This document shows positions 11,306 to 26,147 of a stretch of 64,000 nt of DNA, in pieces. The DNA is taken from positions 15,773,473 through 15,837,472 of the forward strand of contig CM119264.1 in assembly GCA_051294375.1 (NCBI GenBank), in the 5' to 3' direction. Positions within the stretch are counted from its first letter, which is position 1. Each line of letters starts with the position of its first letter. This DNA comes from Paraspadella gotoi. Taxonomy: Eukaryota; Animalia; Chaetognatha. The translations under genes were made by a program, and so were the position numbers. The notes beneath the pieces were generated by a model that ran no database searches, had not been told where the DNA came from, and saw only the letters and a program-made list of their open reading frames with translations.

Positions 11306-14300
11306 TCTTTTATCGTAAATATAACAAACAAATGCATGTATGAGTGAGAGAGAGAGAAAATTTGAATTTATTCAATGGCATAAAATAGGCATAAAATAAA
11401 CCAATAGGCCATAAAAAGCTTTCATTACATTTAAATCAAAGAATTTAAGCATTCATCATAAAATCGTTCCAATTTACAATTTATGCACACATTTCCCTTT
11501 GCAAGTAATCCTATCCCAACAGTGTTTCTATGGGCGAAATGTTTGTATAAATAGTATTAGAATCAATATGATTAATAGCATTATCAAAAAGATAATTTCC
11601 ACGAATGATACTTTTTAATCTACGTACAGCAAAGTTTTTAACAATCAGATAATAGTATATGCCCTGCGGCGTCTAGTGTAGCAGCGGTAGGAGATGACTT
11701 TAGGCAAAAATCTCGCTTAAAAAAAAATTCAACATTTTTCTAAAAGAGATTTCAAATTTAATCTGATTGCCCAACTTTACAAACGACATTGGGAGAAATT
11801 CCGGTAGAAAACAGTTTTAGAAAACAGTTGTAAAAACGCACGATTCAGATAGTGTTGCATCTCAAGAGCTCGACTTTTTGTTCTTGTAGCATTTGATAAA
11901 GAATTTACTACCAAACAAGCCAAGGGAAATGTACTCATCTTCGGAGGATTTTCAAAACTCATTTTTACTACAAAAATGAAGGGGAAATGTCACTTTTTTA
12001 AAATTACAAACGGGATTACAGTATGTTTGCATGTTTTAATAATCGTAAGAAAACCTTTATCTCAAAGATATATACAATGAAAAATACTGTTCTTCAGAAA
12101 CTTGTTCCATTTTTTACAACATAAGAACAATTTTTAATTGTTTAAATTTTAATTAATTAATTTTATTTAATTAACTGTTTTTTTTCTCTCTATTTTATGT
12201 TTTTTGCTAAGACTTAGTCTGTCTTTGTTTGTTTGTTTGTTGATGATTGTACTGAATCAACCTCGTTGTATTCGAATAAAATCGCATATATTATAAATGG
12301 TACTTCAAATTATGAGATTCCAACAGCCTCGTGTCCCGAGAGCTCGACTTTTTTTCCTTTTTAGTATTGACCATTTTTTTTCAAATTAAACCATCCTGGT
12401 AAAGTGAATTGGTCCAGTTTTCATCAAGAAATTTTTATTTAAAAAGAAATTAAAAGGAAGGTTGAGGAAAAAAACTGATTTTTCCTAATATCTTTTGAAG
12501 GAACAAAGATAAAGGGATGGCAATAGTACCAAAATGAAGCCATAATCATAGGGCACATACAAGATACAATTTTAGAATTATTTTTGCTTAAACCTCTTTA
12601 CATAGATAGGCAAGTTACCTGGTCGTTTATAATGTTATTTTAAATATTTTTACATTTACTGATAGGAAATGATGTCAATATTGTTGATGTAACATTTCAA
12701 ATCAATCGACCCACGCGTTGAAAAAATAATCTACAAAAAATGGTCATTTTTCACGCCCAATTTTTAAAACAAATCTGCGTTCGTTAAATTTCAATGGATT
12801 TTTTAAAAATCTGGATCAGAATCTTAGTCAAAAGTATAACAACTTTTGAAATTAAATTAAACACACTTGGCCGTATTTAAAAAAAATAATTCAGTCTTTT
12901 CTCTTTCAGAATCCATATTTATTTAAGCAAAAATTTTCTATACTTCAAATGTTAATATATTTACTAAGAATAATGAATTATCATTTTGTTGAAAACAACA
13001 AAAATTAAAAAATTCATGTAGGAACCTTAAAAAACATATGATTTAAATATGAAAACTTAAAAACTACTGACATAGGGCTAAAAGACTGTATTATCAGATT
13101 TTTTAATTTTTGTCATCTTCAGGTGCAAATTAAAACCTTTGCATAATGCCCATTAGCTATATTAATATAACAATTTTTTATTAAAAAAAGCTCTACAATC
13201 TTTTAATAACACGCTAATGCTTGTAGCTCTATGGTAAAATTGTTGTTTTTATTTTTTATTATAATACAAGGTTTTTATCAATAAAGGGGTAAATTGCAAA
13301 GAAAATGAGTTATTTCAAAGCTCCATATTGACACTATGATATCAATAAATTTTCTTTGTTCCGGCATCGAAATGTACCTAAGACATTGTAGTTTCATTAG
13401 CTAATCTTTATTTTTATAATTTTAAAGGGCATGTTTGGCAAAAACAGTAAGAAACAAAAATGACAACAAATTTTGAGAAAAAAATTTGGATTAATTGCTA
13501 TTATTTCTTATTATGATGTCAATTTATTTTTTTCATTGTGTGTAGAATCGAACCCAAGTATTTTGATCCACAATTGATCCTGGACGCATCGACGTCAATT
13601 GGGATCGATATTTACTGTTTGTTTTAACTTTTATTTATATTTAAAATAAATTATTAAATTAATAACAAAAACGTCGCGACCTGGTCTCGAACTCGGGATT
13701 TCCTATCCACTCGTCATGTCTTGACCAGAGTCACCACTGAGACAATTAACTCTGTTTCTTTTAAATCTTGCTTATAACAATTCCTTATAATAATAGAATT
13801 GATCTTTTGTTATCAATAAACAAAGGAACACTGTCAAATATTAATAAGCAGCTGATTCCATTTTATATTATTTTTCTTTGTTATTCCAGTTAAAGTCTGG
13901 AAACCATTTTTAATTCTTCAGAGGAAATTAACTGCATTTACATCCACTATTAATTTCTCTTCGATTCGTTATTATTTAATTACTGTCAATTAATTAATTG
14001 TTTTATTATTGTTTACATATAGCTATTTGAATTGCTTGATGGCAAAAGCACTTCGAATATCTATATGCTTTGATTATTTTATTAAGGTATTGCTTTTAAC
14101 GATTAACCAAGCAAGTTGGTTTAGAAACCTTTAACTTGACGCCATCAATAACTTTGCCACGTGCGTCAGCGTCACGCCAGCGTCATTTCCGGTTCAATTA
14201 AAAACTCTTCTAATCGAACTAAAATCAAGTCAACGTCACGTCGAGTTACGCCAGCGTCTCTCACGCCTTCTTACGACGTCGGTAACGACGCCAGCGGCGA

Positions 14301-14984
14301 CGCCAACTCAGCGGCCACGCCCACTCTCATTCAACCGAGCCAATCTCTTCGTTGATTCGCTGTGACGCCTTGACCGCCCATATTCATCTGGGCATGCTCT
14401 CGTACAGCGAATTGAGGTATGACGGTTTTTCATCCCCGCCCCCGATGTTACGCGTCTTTCACTCTTTTCTGAGAGCTACAATGGCACCTTTATGAACCAA
14501 AGAAAGGTGATAAATAATTCAATACCAAAAATAATAGAAAACTAAATCTGATTTTTTTCGCCATTTTTAACGGGATCTGCATATCGCAGATTCCGACTCT
14601 ATAATTCACTTTGTCGGTCCGTCTGTCAACCCCCCCCCCATCTAGTCGGTCATTCACTTAAATCATGTCAGAACATCAAATTATGATAAATTATGCAAAA
14701 AATACTCCAATTACTCGTAATTGGATGGATGGATTGGGTGGGAAAGTGTGTGATTGAGCTGGATATGAAGTTTTGATGGAATTGTCTGTGTGGAAATGAG
14801 TTTAAATAGAAAAAATAAAAAACCTGTATCACTAATTGATTATGCTTTTTTTTATTTTATATTAAAATGCAAGATATATTAAAAAATCAAATAATTAATC
14901 AGTTAATTAGTTAGTCAATTAATAATCAATAATTATTTAATCAATAATTAATTAATCAGTCAGTTTTTTACGCTTTAATGGTTG

Positions 14985-15300
14985 ACATTGTGTAATTTTC
15001 TCTCTTTTCGTTCAATAAGATCAGCAGATTCGAAAACGAAAGTTTTTAGTATTTTTACAATTTTTATTAGAGTATTGGACATGTTTCGACTCTTGTTTTT
15101 CGAATCTTCATCAGCATTTGACAGTTGTAATTTTCACAATCATAAAGTTGAGGAGAGAGAGAGAGAGACAGAGAGAGTTTCCAACAAAGAAATGAGAAAG
15201 GACAGTGGTCAGATTGCAGGACAGGTGAAGGTAAGGACAGGAAAAAGGGGAAATAAGTTGATTTTTGAAATGGTGAAAATGAGAGAGAGAGAGAGAATGG
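14985..15300 (-). mobile_element. PLE pLTR with hammerhead motif (15075-15119)
   Basis: Reverse complement CTGATGA agattc gaaaaacaa gagtc GAAAC ATGTC. Inverse homologue of 5795-6185. Confidence 0.75.
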
Positions 15301-15414
15301 TAAAGACTGATTTCGTTTGAGTATACTTAATGCCCTTCGAGATATTGAAGAAATGCCCTAATTTTTCAGTTTTCAGCATTTTTTAAAAAGTTGGCAGCAT
15401 TTAAACATAGTTTT

Positions 15415-18187
15415 TAGTCGGATCTGCTTATCAGCAGATCCCGACTCTATAATTCACTTTGTCGCTCCGTCGGTCCGCCCCCTCAATGTTGTCGGGCACT
15501 AACTTATATCATGTCAGAACATCGAATTATGATAAATTATGCAAAAAAAATGATGTCCGTCCGTCCGTCCGTCCCACCTTAGCAAAAAACAATTACTTAG
15601 ACGAGAATCTCGCTTAAAAAAAAATTCAACATTTTTCTAATAGAGAATTCCGTTCAAATCTGACTACCCAAATTGCAAACGCGTTTGCCAGAAATTCGGT
15701 TAAAAAACACTTGTAAAAACGCACGATTCCGAGAGCGTTACATCTGAAGAGCTTGTCCTATTTGTTTTATGGCATTTGATAAAGGATTTATTATCAAACA
15801 AGCCAGGGGAAATGCACTACTCATCTCCGGAGAATTTTCAAACCTCATTTTTACTATAGAAATGAAAGGGAAAGTTTACAAACTAAAAATTGCAAACGGG
15901 ATTGCTATATGTTCCTGTTACATGAGCGACTTCGAATTTCGCGATTCTGATAGCTTTGTGTCTGAAGAGCTTGTCCTATTTTTCTATTTTCATTTGATAA
16001 TGATTTTGACATAAAATGATCAGGTTTAAATGAAATAGTCCGGTTTGAATCGCGAAATTTTTATTCAAAAAGAAATTAAAAGGAAGGTTGAGAAAAAAAC
16101 TGATTTTTCCTAATATCTTTTGAAGGAATAAAGATAAAGGGATGGCAATAGTACCAAAATGAAGCCATAATCATAGGGCACATACAAGATACAATTTTAG
16201 AATTACTTATGCTGAAACCTCCTTACAGGGTGAGTGTCAAACTAAGTCAAAATTATAATGAATTTTAAAACTAATGATACCCCATAGGAATAAATGAAAA
16301 TTTAATTCTTTTAATGATTCTGAAAGAAAAAAGGCTAAATTGTACTCTAGTAAAACTTTAAAGTTTTTTGAATAAAGAAAATGTGAATTTTTTGTCACTT
16401 AAATATTTGCTTGTCTGATTTTACAAGCATGCTTACAAAATTCTACAAAATATTATTTACCCCATCACAGCCTAAGTATTTATCTTTCTTTTCCACCAGA
16501 AAAAAGTAAACATTATCTTATTGAAGAGAACAGGGATGTTTACTGAAAGGAGCCGGAAGCCATTCAACTTCTTCACTTTGATGTTATTTTTTATAATAAA
16601 ATAAGCGAATTATTTAATTATTTAACTCTCACAGGCTTCATAAGATATTACACTTTCATAATATCCTAATGTTAATGTAATTTATTATATTTTTTACCCA
16701 GAAATCATAAAATAACAAAGTTGTGGATTCCCTTCGCTCGTTTAAGAAAAAAAAATTAACTAGCGGAATTATAAGTTTGTAAGAGGAAGTCAGAATCGGC
16801 GAAAATCTTAAAGGCGAGAATGTTGAAAAAAAGGGGTGGAATTTTGATGGGTTTCCTAAGATTTCTCCACAATGTGAGGTCCGATTAAAGTGAAACTTGA
16901 GATTTACAATATTCCCGTCATTCCACATCTATCGATATAAAAATATTTAAAAAAAGTCACTGGCTTCTTTTTCTATAACGGCTTCCTAAATGGATGATTG
17001 GATGGATGGATTTGAATAAAATTTTGTGTGTGGATAGGTAAGTGTGTGATTGAGCTGGATATAAAGTTTCGATGGAATCGTCCGAGTGGAAATGAGTTTA
17101 AATGGAAAAAACAAAAAAATATATTCACTATTTGAACACCAATTGCTCATGAGTGGATGGGCTGATTGACCTGGAATTTTGTATGTGGGTAGGAAAGTGT
17201 GTGATTGAACAGGAAATCAAGTTTCGATGGAATAGTTTGAGTGTGTAAATGGAAAAAAACAAAAAATCTGTTTCACTAATTGATTATGCTTCTTTTTCCT
17301 TTTATATTAAATGTATATGCAGGATGTATTAATAAATCAAATAATTAATCAGTTAATTAATTAATCAATCAATCCGTCCATCCGTCCCACCTTAGCAAAA
17401 AGCTCCAATAACTCGTGATTGGCTGGTTGGATTGGAATTAAATTTTGTGCGAGGGTAGGAAAGTGTGTGATAAAGCTGGATATAAAGTTTCGATGGAATC
17501 GTGTGAGTGGAAATTAGTTTAAATGGAAAAAACATAAGTCACATTTACTAAAATCTTTTTACTATTTTAACCAATAAATACTCTAATTAATCATAATTGG
17601 ATGGATAGATTGAGTTGAAATTTTGTGTGTGGGTAGGGAAATGTGTGACAAGCTTGATATAAAGTTTCGGTGGAAACGTACCAGTGGAAATGAGTTTAAA
17701 TGAAAAAAATATGAGTCACATTTACTTGAATCTTTTTATTTATTTTAACCCATGATAGATTGAGATGAAATTTTGTGAGCCGGTAGGAAAGTGAGTGAAG
17801 AAGCTAGATATAAAGTTTTGACGAAATGCAAGTTGAAAAAATGATGCAAGCTAAAAAAATCTTGAAAGCATAAGGATCGTCGCAATTGCATAAAAAGAGA
17901 GAGAGAGAGAGAAAGAGAGAGAAAGAGAGAGAGTGAGAGAGAAAGAAGAGAGAGAGAGAAAGAGAGTGAGAGAGAGAGAGAGAATGAGACATAAAATAAA
18001 ATAGAGGATATTTGTTTCTTTTGATAAAATGTAAACAAAACATTTAATAACTGTCCTGACTCAATTTTAAGGACATCGATGATGACAAGCTGAATATTAA
18101 TTATAATTAATTATTAAAATTAATTAATTAATCGATTAATTAATTAATTAACCTAGGCAGATCCGACATTGTTTGCTCAAACTTGTT
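15415..18187 (+). mobile_element. HINE/DINE-1-like Helentron derivative, family 1, interrupted by ~1.4 kb of other repeat (~15597-16990)
   Basis: 5' TAGTCGGATCTGCTTATCAGCAGATCCCGAC stem, (GTCC)n microsatellite, central tandem repeats, 3' subTIR GCAGATCCGAC, hairpin GTTTGCTCAAAC and TTGTT end. Sits in T-runs with no TSD. Confidence 0.8.
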
Positions 18188-21100
18188 TTTTTTTAAGGAA
18201 TATTGTAAAACATCCGCGCATGTATGAATCTCGTTTGAGCCCTACTACTAAGCTGGATCACAAACTTCAAATTATCTGGCAAGGTCTACTCTTTATATCA
18301 ATCTGAAAATATTTTTGTATTTATCATTTTTCATATATAAAAAAACATTTTATCCAGCTGCTTCATAAATTTTTGCTTGTTTTTTACTTTAATTGAAAAT
18401 ACAAGCAAATTTATGGAGTAGAAAAATTTAAGGCAATCAAAATGTAAATTAGTCTTTCCTTTTTCAAATTACGAAAGAAAAAAAGCAATTTCATATGCCT
18501 TCATTAAAATTTTTAATGCAAAAAAACTGTTATACTTTTAACTGCGATTTAAATAAAAGCTATATAAAGATTTATGGATAAATTTAATAAAACTATTTTA
18601 GAAAAGTGTCCATGATTAGGGCTTTAATTTGATACTCGCCCACATTCCTACCTCTTTTCTTTCTAAAGATATTCAAAAAAATTTTACCGTTAGAGAACTA
18701 AGCGGGAGTTTCTCAATTTATCCTATTGGTACAATACATAAATTCAAAATGAAACCTAAAAAAATTTTTTTCGTCTTCGAGAGACATCACTTTTAGGTGT
18801 ACCCATCGTCTTACTCATTTTTGGATTATGCTGGAAGAAATCAGCAAAACGTTTTCTCTTTTTTTTAATAGTTTGTACTAGCGCGTCAGAAATCTAAGAA
18901 AAAACTTGAAAATTTTATTCTAACAAGTTTTGCCTTTCAAGGCTGCCGTTTATGACTATATCTCGGAAACCATTGTAGGAATTTAAAAACGGTTTTTTGC
19001 AAGTGATTATTGATATCATCCTCCAGGGACCGGCATAAAAATATATAAAAAAAATAAACTGATATTAGCTCTCGAGTAAGATATTTACTCTGAGAAAAAT
19101 GTTTGTAACATAAACATAGCATCTATACCAGCTAGAATGTTACGAATTTCAATTAGTATAAAAAAATTTTATAACTCGATTGGTCTTTGTTTCGATTTTA
19201 TGACAAGTTTTTTCGTATCAGGACAGATTCAAGTCACTGTAACAAAAAAAATATCTTAAAAGAATAGGATCGAGCCTACCTTCAATGATAACCAATATTG
19301 ATGCGATGATAACCAAAGGATTGATCCGATGATATCATGATAACCAAATGATTGATGCGATGATAACCAAATATTAATGCGATTGTAACCAAATGATCGA
19401 TGTGATGATAATCNNNNNNNNNNNNNNNNNNNNNNNNNTAGCTTTGTGTCTGAAGAGCTTGTCCTATTTTTCTATTTTCATTTGATAATGATTTTGACAT
19501 AAAATGATCAGGTTTAAATGAAATACGTCCGGTTTGAATCGCGAAATTTTTATTCAAAAAGAAATTAAAAGGAAGGTTGAGAAAAAAACTGATTTTTCCT
19601 AATATCTTTTGAAGGAATAAAGATAAAGGGATGGCAATAGTACCAAAATGAAGCCATAATCATAGGGCACATACAAGATACAATTTTAGAATTACTTATG
19701 CTGAAACCTCCTTACAGGGTGAGTGTCAAACTAAGTCAAAATTATAATGAATTTTAAAACTAATGATACCCCATAGGAATAAATGAAAATTTAATTCTTT
19801 TAATGATTCTGAAAGAAAAAAGGCTAAATTGTACTCTAGTAAAACTTTAAAGTTTTTTGAATAAAGAAAATGTGAATTTTTGTCACTTAAATATTTGCTT
19901 GTCTGATTTTACAAGCATGCTTACAAAATTCTACAAAATATTATTTACCCCATCACAGCCTAAGTATTTATCTTTCTTTTCCACCAGAAAAAAGTAAACA
20001 TTATCTTATTGAGAGAAACAGGGATGTTTACTGAAAGGAGCCGGAAGCCATTCAACTTCTTCACTTTGATGTTATTTTTTATATAAAATAAGCGAATATT
20101 TAATTATTTAACTCTCACAGGCTTCATAAGATATTACACTTTCATAATATCCTAATGTTAATGTAATTTATTATATTTTTTACCCAGAAATCATAAAATA
20201 ACAAAGTTGTGGATTCCCTTCGCTCGTTTAAGAAAAAAAAAATTAACTAGCGGAATTTAAGTTTGTAAGAGGAAGTCAGAATCGGCGAAAATCTTAAAAG
20301 GCGAGAATGTTGAAAAAAAAGGGGTGGAATTTTGATGGGTTTCCTAAGATTTCTCCACAATGTGAGGTCCGATTAAAGTGAAACTTGAGATTTACAATAT
20401 TCCCGTCATTCCACATCTATCGATATAAAAATATTTAAAAAAAGTCACTGGCTTCTTTTCTATAACGGCTTCCTAAATGGATGATTGGATGGATGGATTT
20501 GAATAAAATTTTGTGTGTGGATAGGTAAGTGTGTGATTGAGCTGGATATAAAGTTTCGATGGAATCGTCCGAGTGGAAATGAGTTTAAATGGAAAAAAAA
20601 AAAATATATTCACTATTTGAACACCAATTGCTCATGAGTGGATGGGCTGATTGACCTGGAATTTTGTATGTGGGTAGGAAAGTGTGTGATTGAACAGGAA
20701 ATCAAGTTTCGATGGAATAGTTAAATGAGTTTAAATGGAAAAAAACAAAAAATCTGTTTCACTAATTGATTATGCTTCTTTTTCCTTTTATATTAAATGT
20801 ATATGCAGGATGTATTAATAAATCAAATAATTAATCAGTTAATTAATTAATCAATCAATCCGTCCATCCGTCCCCACTTAGCAAAAAGCTCCAATAACTC
20901 GTGATTGGCTGGTTGGATTGGAATTAAATTTTGTGCGAGGGTAGGAAAGTGTGTGATAAAGCTGGATATAAAGTTTCGATGGAATCGTGTGAGTGGAAAT
21001 TAGTTTAAATGGAAAAAACATAAGTCACATTTACTAAAATCTTTTTACTCATTTTAACCAATAAATACTCTAATTAATCATAATTGGATGGATAGATTGA

Positions 21101-22908
21101 GTTGAAATTTTGTGTGTGGGTAGGGAAATGTGTGACGAAGCTTGATATAAAGTTTCGGTGGAAACGTACCAGTGGAAATGAGTTTAAATGAAAAAAATAT
21201 GAGTCACATTTACTTGAATCTTTTTATTTATTTTAACCCATGATAGATTGAGATGAAATTTTGTGAGCCGGTAGGAAAGTGAGTGAAGAAGCTAGATATA
21301 AAGTTTTGACGAAATGCAAGTTGAAAAAATGATGCAAGCTAAAAAAATCTTGAAAGCATAAGGATCGTCGCAATTGCATAAAAAGAGAGAGAGAGAGAGA
21401 AAGAGAGAGAAAGAGAGAGAGTGAGAGAGAAAGAAAGAGAGAGAGAGAAAGAGAGTGAGAGAGAGAGAGAGAATGAGACATAAAATAAAATAGAGGATAT
21501 TTGTTTCTTTTGATAAAATGTAAACAAAACATTTAATAACTGTCCTGACTCAATTTTAAGGACATCGATGATGACAAGCTGAATATTAATTATAATTAAT
21601 TATTAAAATTAATTAATTAATCGATTAATTAATTAATTAACCTAGGCAGATCCGACATTGTTTGCTCAAACTTGTTTTTTTTTTAAGGAATATTGTAAAA
21701 CATCCGCGCATGTATGAATCTCGTTTTGAGCCCTACTACTAAGCTGGATCACAAACTTCAAATTATCTGGCAAGGTCTACTCTTTATATCAATCTGAAAA
21801 TATTTTTGTATTTATCATTTTTCATATATAAAAAAACATTTTATCCAGCTGCTTCATAAATTTTTGCTTGTTTTTTACTTTAATTGAAAAATACAAGCAA
21901 ATTTATGGAGTAGATAAAATTTAAGGCAATCAAAATGTAAATTAGTCTTTCCTTTTTCAAATTACGAAAGAAAAAAAGCAATTTCATATGCCTTCATTAA
22001 AATTTTTAATGCAAAAAAACTGTTATACTTTTAACTGCGATTTAAATAAAAGCTATATAAAGATTTATGGATAAATTTAATAAAACTATTTTAGAAAAGT
22101 GTCCCATGATTAGGGCTTTAATTTGATACTTCGCCCACATTCCTACCTCTTTTCTTTCTAAAGATATTCAAAAAAATTTTACCGTTAGAGAACTAAGCGG
22201 GAGTTTCTCAATTTATCCTATTGGTACAATACATAAATTTCAAAATGAAACCTAAAAAAATTTTTTTCGTCTTCGAGAGACATCACTTTTAGGTGTACCC
22301 ATCGTCTTACTCATTTTTGGATTATGCTGGAAGAAATCAGCAAAACGTTTTCTCTTTTTTTTAATAGTTTGTACTAGCGCGTCAGAAATCTAAGAAAAAA
22401 CTTGAAAATTTTATTCTAACAAGTTTTGCCTTTCAAGGCTGCCGTTTATGACTATATCTCGGAAACCATTGTAGGAATTTAAAAACGGTTTTTTGCAAGT
22501 GATTATTGATATCATCCTCCAGGGACCGGCATAAAAATATATAAAAAAAATAAACTGATATTAGCTCTCGAGTAAGATATTTACTCTGAGAAAAATGTTT
22601 GTAACATAAACATAGCATCTATACCAGCTAGAATGTTACGAATTTCAATTAGTATAAAAAAATTTTATAACTCGATTGGTCTTTGTTTCGATTTTATGAC
22701 AAGTTTTTTCGTATCAGGACAGATTCAAGTCACTGTAACAAAAAAAATATCTTAAAAGAATAGGATCGAGCCTACCTTCAATGATAACCAAATATTGATG
22801 CGATGATAACCAAAGGATTGATCCGATGATATCATGATAACCAAATGATTGATGCGATGATAACCAAATATTAATGCGATTGTAACCAAATGATCGATGT
22901 GATGATAA
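15951..22908. other. ~3.5-kb near-identical tandem duplication (15951-19413 and 19439-22908) separated by a 25-N gap; probable assembly artefact
   Basis: The second copy starts exactly at the gap edge. Differences are mostly 1-bp or homopolymer indels. Confidence 0.85.
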
Positions 22909-23926
22909 CCAAATGATTGATGCGATGATAGTCATTCATTTATGTGATGATAATCATTCATTGATACGATGATAGTCATTCATTGATGCGATGATAGTCA
23001 TTCATTGACGCAATGAGTCATTCATTGACGCAATGAATCATTCATCATAAATAAAACAAACAAATGCGTGTATGAGTGAAAGAGAGAGAGAGAAAAAGAA
23101 AGAGAAAAAAGCGCGGAATAAATGGCGATAATAAAAGTTTTTAAAAGTAAAAAAATAATCAAAATTTTTCAAGAAACGATCACGCAAGAGATCGTACAGA
23201 GAGAGAGAAAGAAAGACAGAAAGAGAAAGAGAGAGAAAGCTGGACAGCCGCTGGAAGGCAGCTGTACAGTCACTGCAGAGCCTGAACTCGTTTTTAAAGG
23301 GTTCAGAAAAGGCAGCAACTGACAAAAATAAGAAGAAAAATATATATATAATTTAAAAATATAATAGAAAGGAAAAAAAATGTTACAATTGGAAATTGTT
23401 ACAATTTTTTCCAATTATAGCTTGTAAAAGATCTTCAATATTATTTATTGCAATATGTAAATTAGATTAAAGCAATTCTATATAATAATTTGAATATTTT
23501 ATTGAATACTATAATCTCATTTGCATATTGTAGTAAATCATAATGAAGTGGAAATTCAAACAAAAAATACTTGAATCCAAATTTCAAAGCTATTTCAAGA
23601 TGAGAAGCCATATCTAAATTTTTAACTTACTATGATCGCACACTTTTATAAAACTTTATCGTAATTCATAATAATTTTTATTTAAAAAAAAATGGTAAGT
23701 TCCAGCCAAAACTATAAAAGCGTAGTAGTTTTTATAGAAAAAAGCGTAACGCCGACGCCGTCATAAAGAAGCTCACCCGAAACAATATCGAGCTTGAACC
23801 GGCTTCGCCGGTAGGCTCGATAAAAAGATTACGTTTATCTCGAAGCACTAAACCACGGCAATGATTTCTTTCGTGTCTCTGGATTTGGCTCGAGAGGTAA
23901 CCTGCCAGACAGCCATAGTCCTGCCT

Positions 23927-24166
<240 letters not shown>

Positions 24167-25409
24167 TTAAATTTTAAATTGGTTGATTCATTGGTTAACT
24201 TAATGAAACATATTGGGGCTGCCTGGCGGTCGGTCCAGAAAAAAAATAGTTCAAAAATGTTTTACTATGAAAAAAACTTCAATAGCACACCGGTTTCTGG
24301 CTCATGAAAATTCCAAAATTACTTGTTTCAGTATGAGAATCAAACAATTTGAGAAAACAATGTCGGATCTGCCCACGATAATTTGGCGGTAAGCAGCTAA
24401 TCAGATGTCTTTCTTTCTTTAAATGCAAAATGAGTATTTTCCATACATAAGATGTTATGTTAAATGTGATAAGTCATTTATTGATGCGATCAAAATCAAT
24501 CATAAATTCAATGTTAATAAATCGATAATAATAATTAATCGATAACAATCATTATTATAAAATTGTTCTTCAAGTATAACAGAACAAGGATGCGATAAAA
24601 GTCATTGATGCCATGATAGTGATTCATTAATATGATTATAAAAATTCATGGATGTGATAATAGTCATTTAGAAATACGATGATAATCATTAGATAATCAT
24701 TCATTATTGCATTATTGATAACAGTTTATTGTTGCAATAGGAATTTATGGATATGATGTTTAGGATTTTTAATGATGATGATGATGATTAGAGAGAGACA
24801 GAATAAACATAATAAATAGATAAATATAAAAAACTATTAATCAATTATACAGTGATACTCCGTATTAATCAGCAAACAGACAATCATTTTATCTGAGAGA
24901 GAGAAGCTTAAAAAAATTTTTAAGTTACTGTGACTTTTCATTTTTTTCATCTCTGCTCGCATGGTTCCATCAAAATTTCATATCTAGCTTAATCATACAC
25001 TTTCCTACCCACATACAAATATTATATAGATATAATAATTAAAACATTGTATAAACATCAGTAACAAAATTCAAATCAATTGGACTTTTGTTTTTTCATT
25101 AAAATTTAAACTCATTTCCACTCGTAAAATTTCATCGAAACTTTGTATCATGCTCAATCACACTTTTTCCTACCCACAAACTTAATTTCATTTCAATCTT
25201 ACCATTATTATTAAATAAAGTCATTATTATGGTAGAGTGATGAAAATATTTAGACATGTTACAGTATTTATTTGCTGCATCTGTATATGAATTTATAAAA
25301 CTGATAAAAGTTAAGCCCTTAATAAAATTTTCGAGCGCAATATAAACAGAAATTGTATTTTATTTATGGTAATATCCGTATAAATTCATAAAATTTCAAA
25401 ATTATTTTT

Positions 25410-25643
25410 TGAAGAGACAGTGATAATTGTTATGTATTAGTGACAGAACCGTTCAATATAAGCAGTCCCTGAGCTTCGGATCAGGCTGTAACACAGTGTT
25501 AGAGGGGGGTTAAGCGCCCCGTCCCTCTTAACTGCTAGGCGACCACTGGGCTAGAACCCCGGACCTTTGGGTTGGGAGGCGAATGACTTGCCTCCGGCAC
25601 CAATGGTCGCTGATGAACGGTTGGTGGATTTTAGTCCACCATA
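25410..25643 (-). mobile_element. 234-bp tRNA-derived element (family A)
   Basis: Full-length copy of 6429-6662. Confidence 0.8.
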
Positions 25644-26147
25644 TTTTTTTATTTTCAAAAACAGATTCGGATTATTCAAAAAAAAAAAAAAAATTTTTAA
25701 AATTTGTTATGAAATTGGTACAACCAATATAAGATCATCCATTAAGGCGGAACAGGTTACAAACTAACAGAAGTCCGGTATAAATATTGTTAATGTGTTT
25801 ATTAAAGATCGTGAAAATCAAAAAAAATTTTACATTTATTTTATAGTTAAACGCATGGAAGCTATTTTATATTATCCGAATACTATATAATGTCAAAAAA
25901 ATTTTTGAAGATAGAGCTTGAAAAGTTAGATGAAGGTTATTATTACAACTTTTTGAAATTTTAATGATTTATCTATGAAAATTAACAAAAACTATAAAAT
26001 TTAATGGATGATGATGATGATTTTCTAAGGTTTTTTCAAATTTTAACCTATTTATCATTATAATTTTTGAAATTTGTAGTACGAACCTTTATCTTTTTAA
26101 TCTCTTTAAAAATCTGAATTTTAAAAAAAATATTTAAGCAATTCTTA

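Noticed and set aside
13670-13745. Minus-strand A/B-box-like sequence as a third SINE family
   Set aside because: Single degenerate copy with no boundaries I can define.
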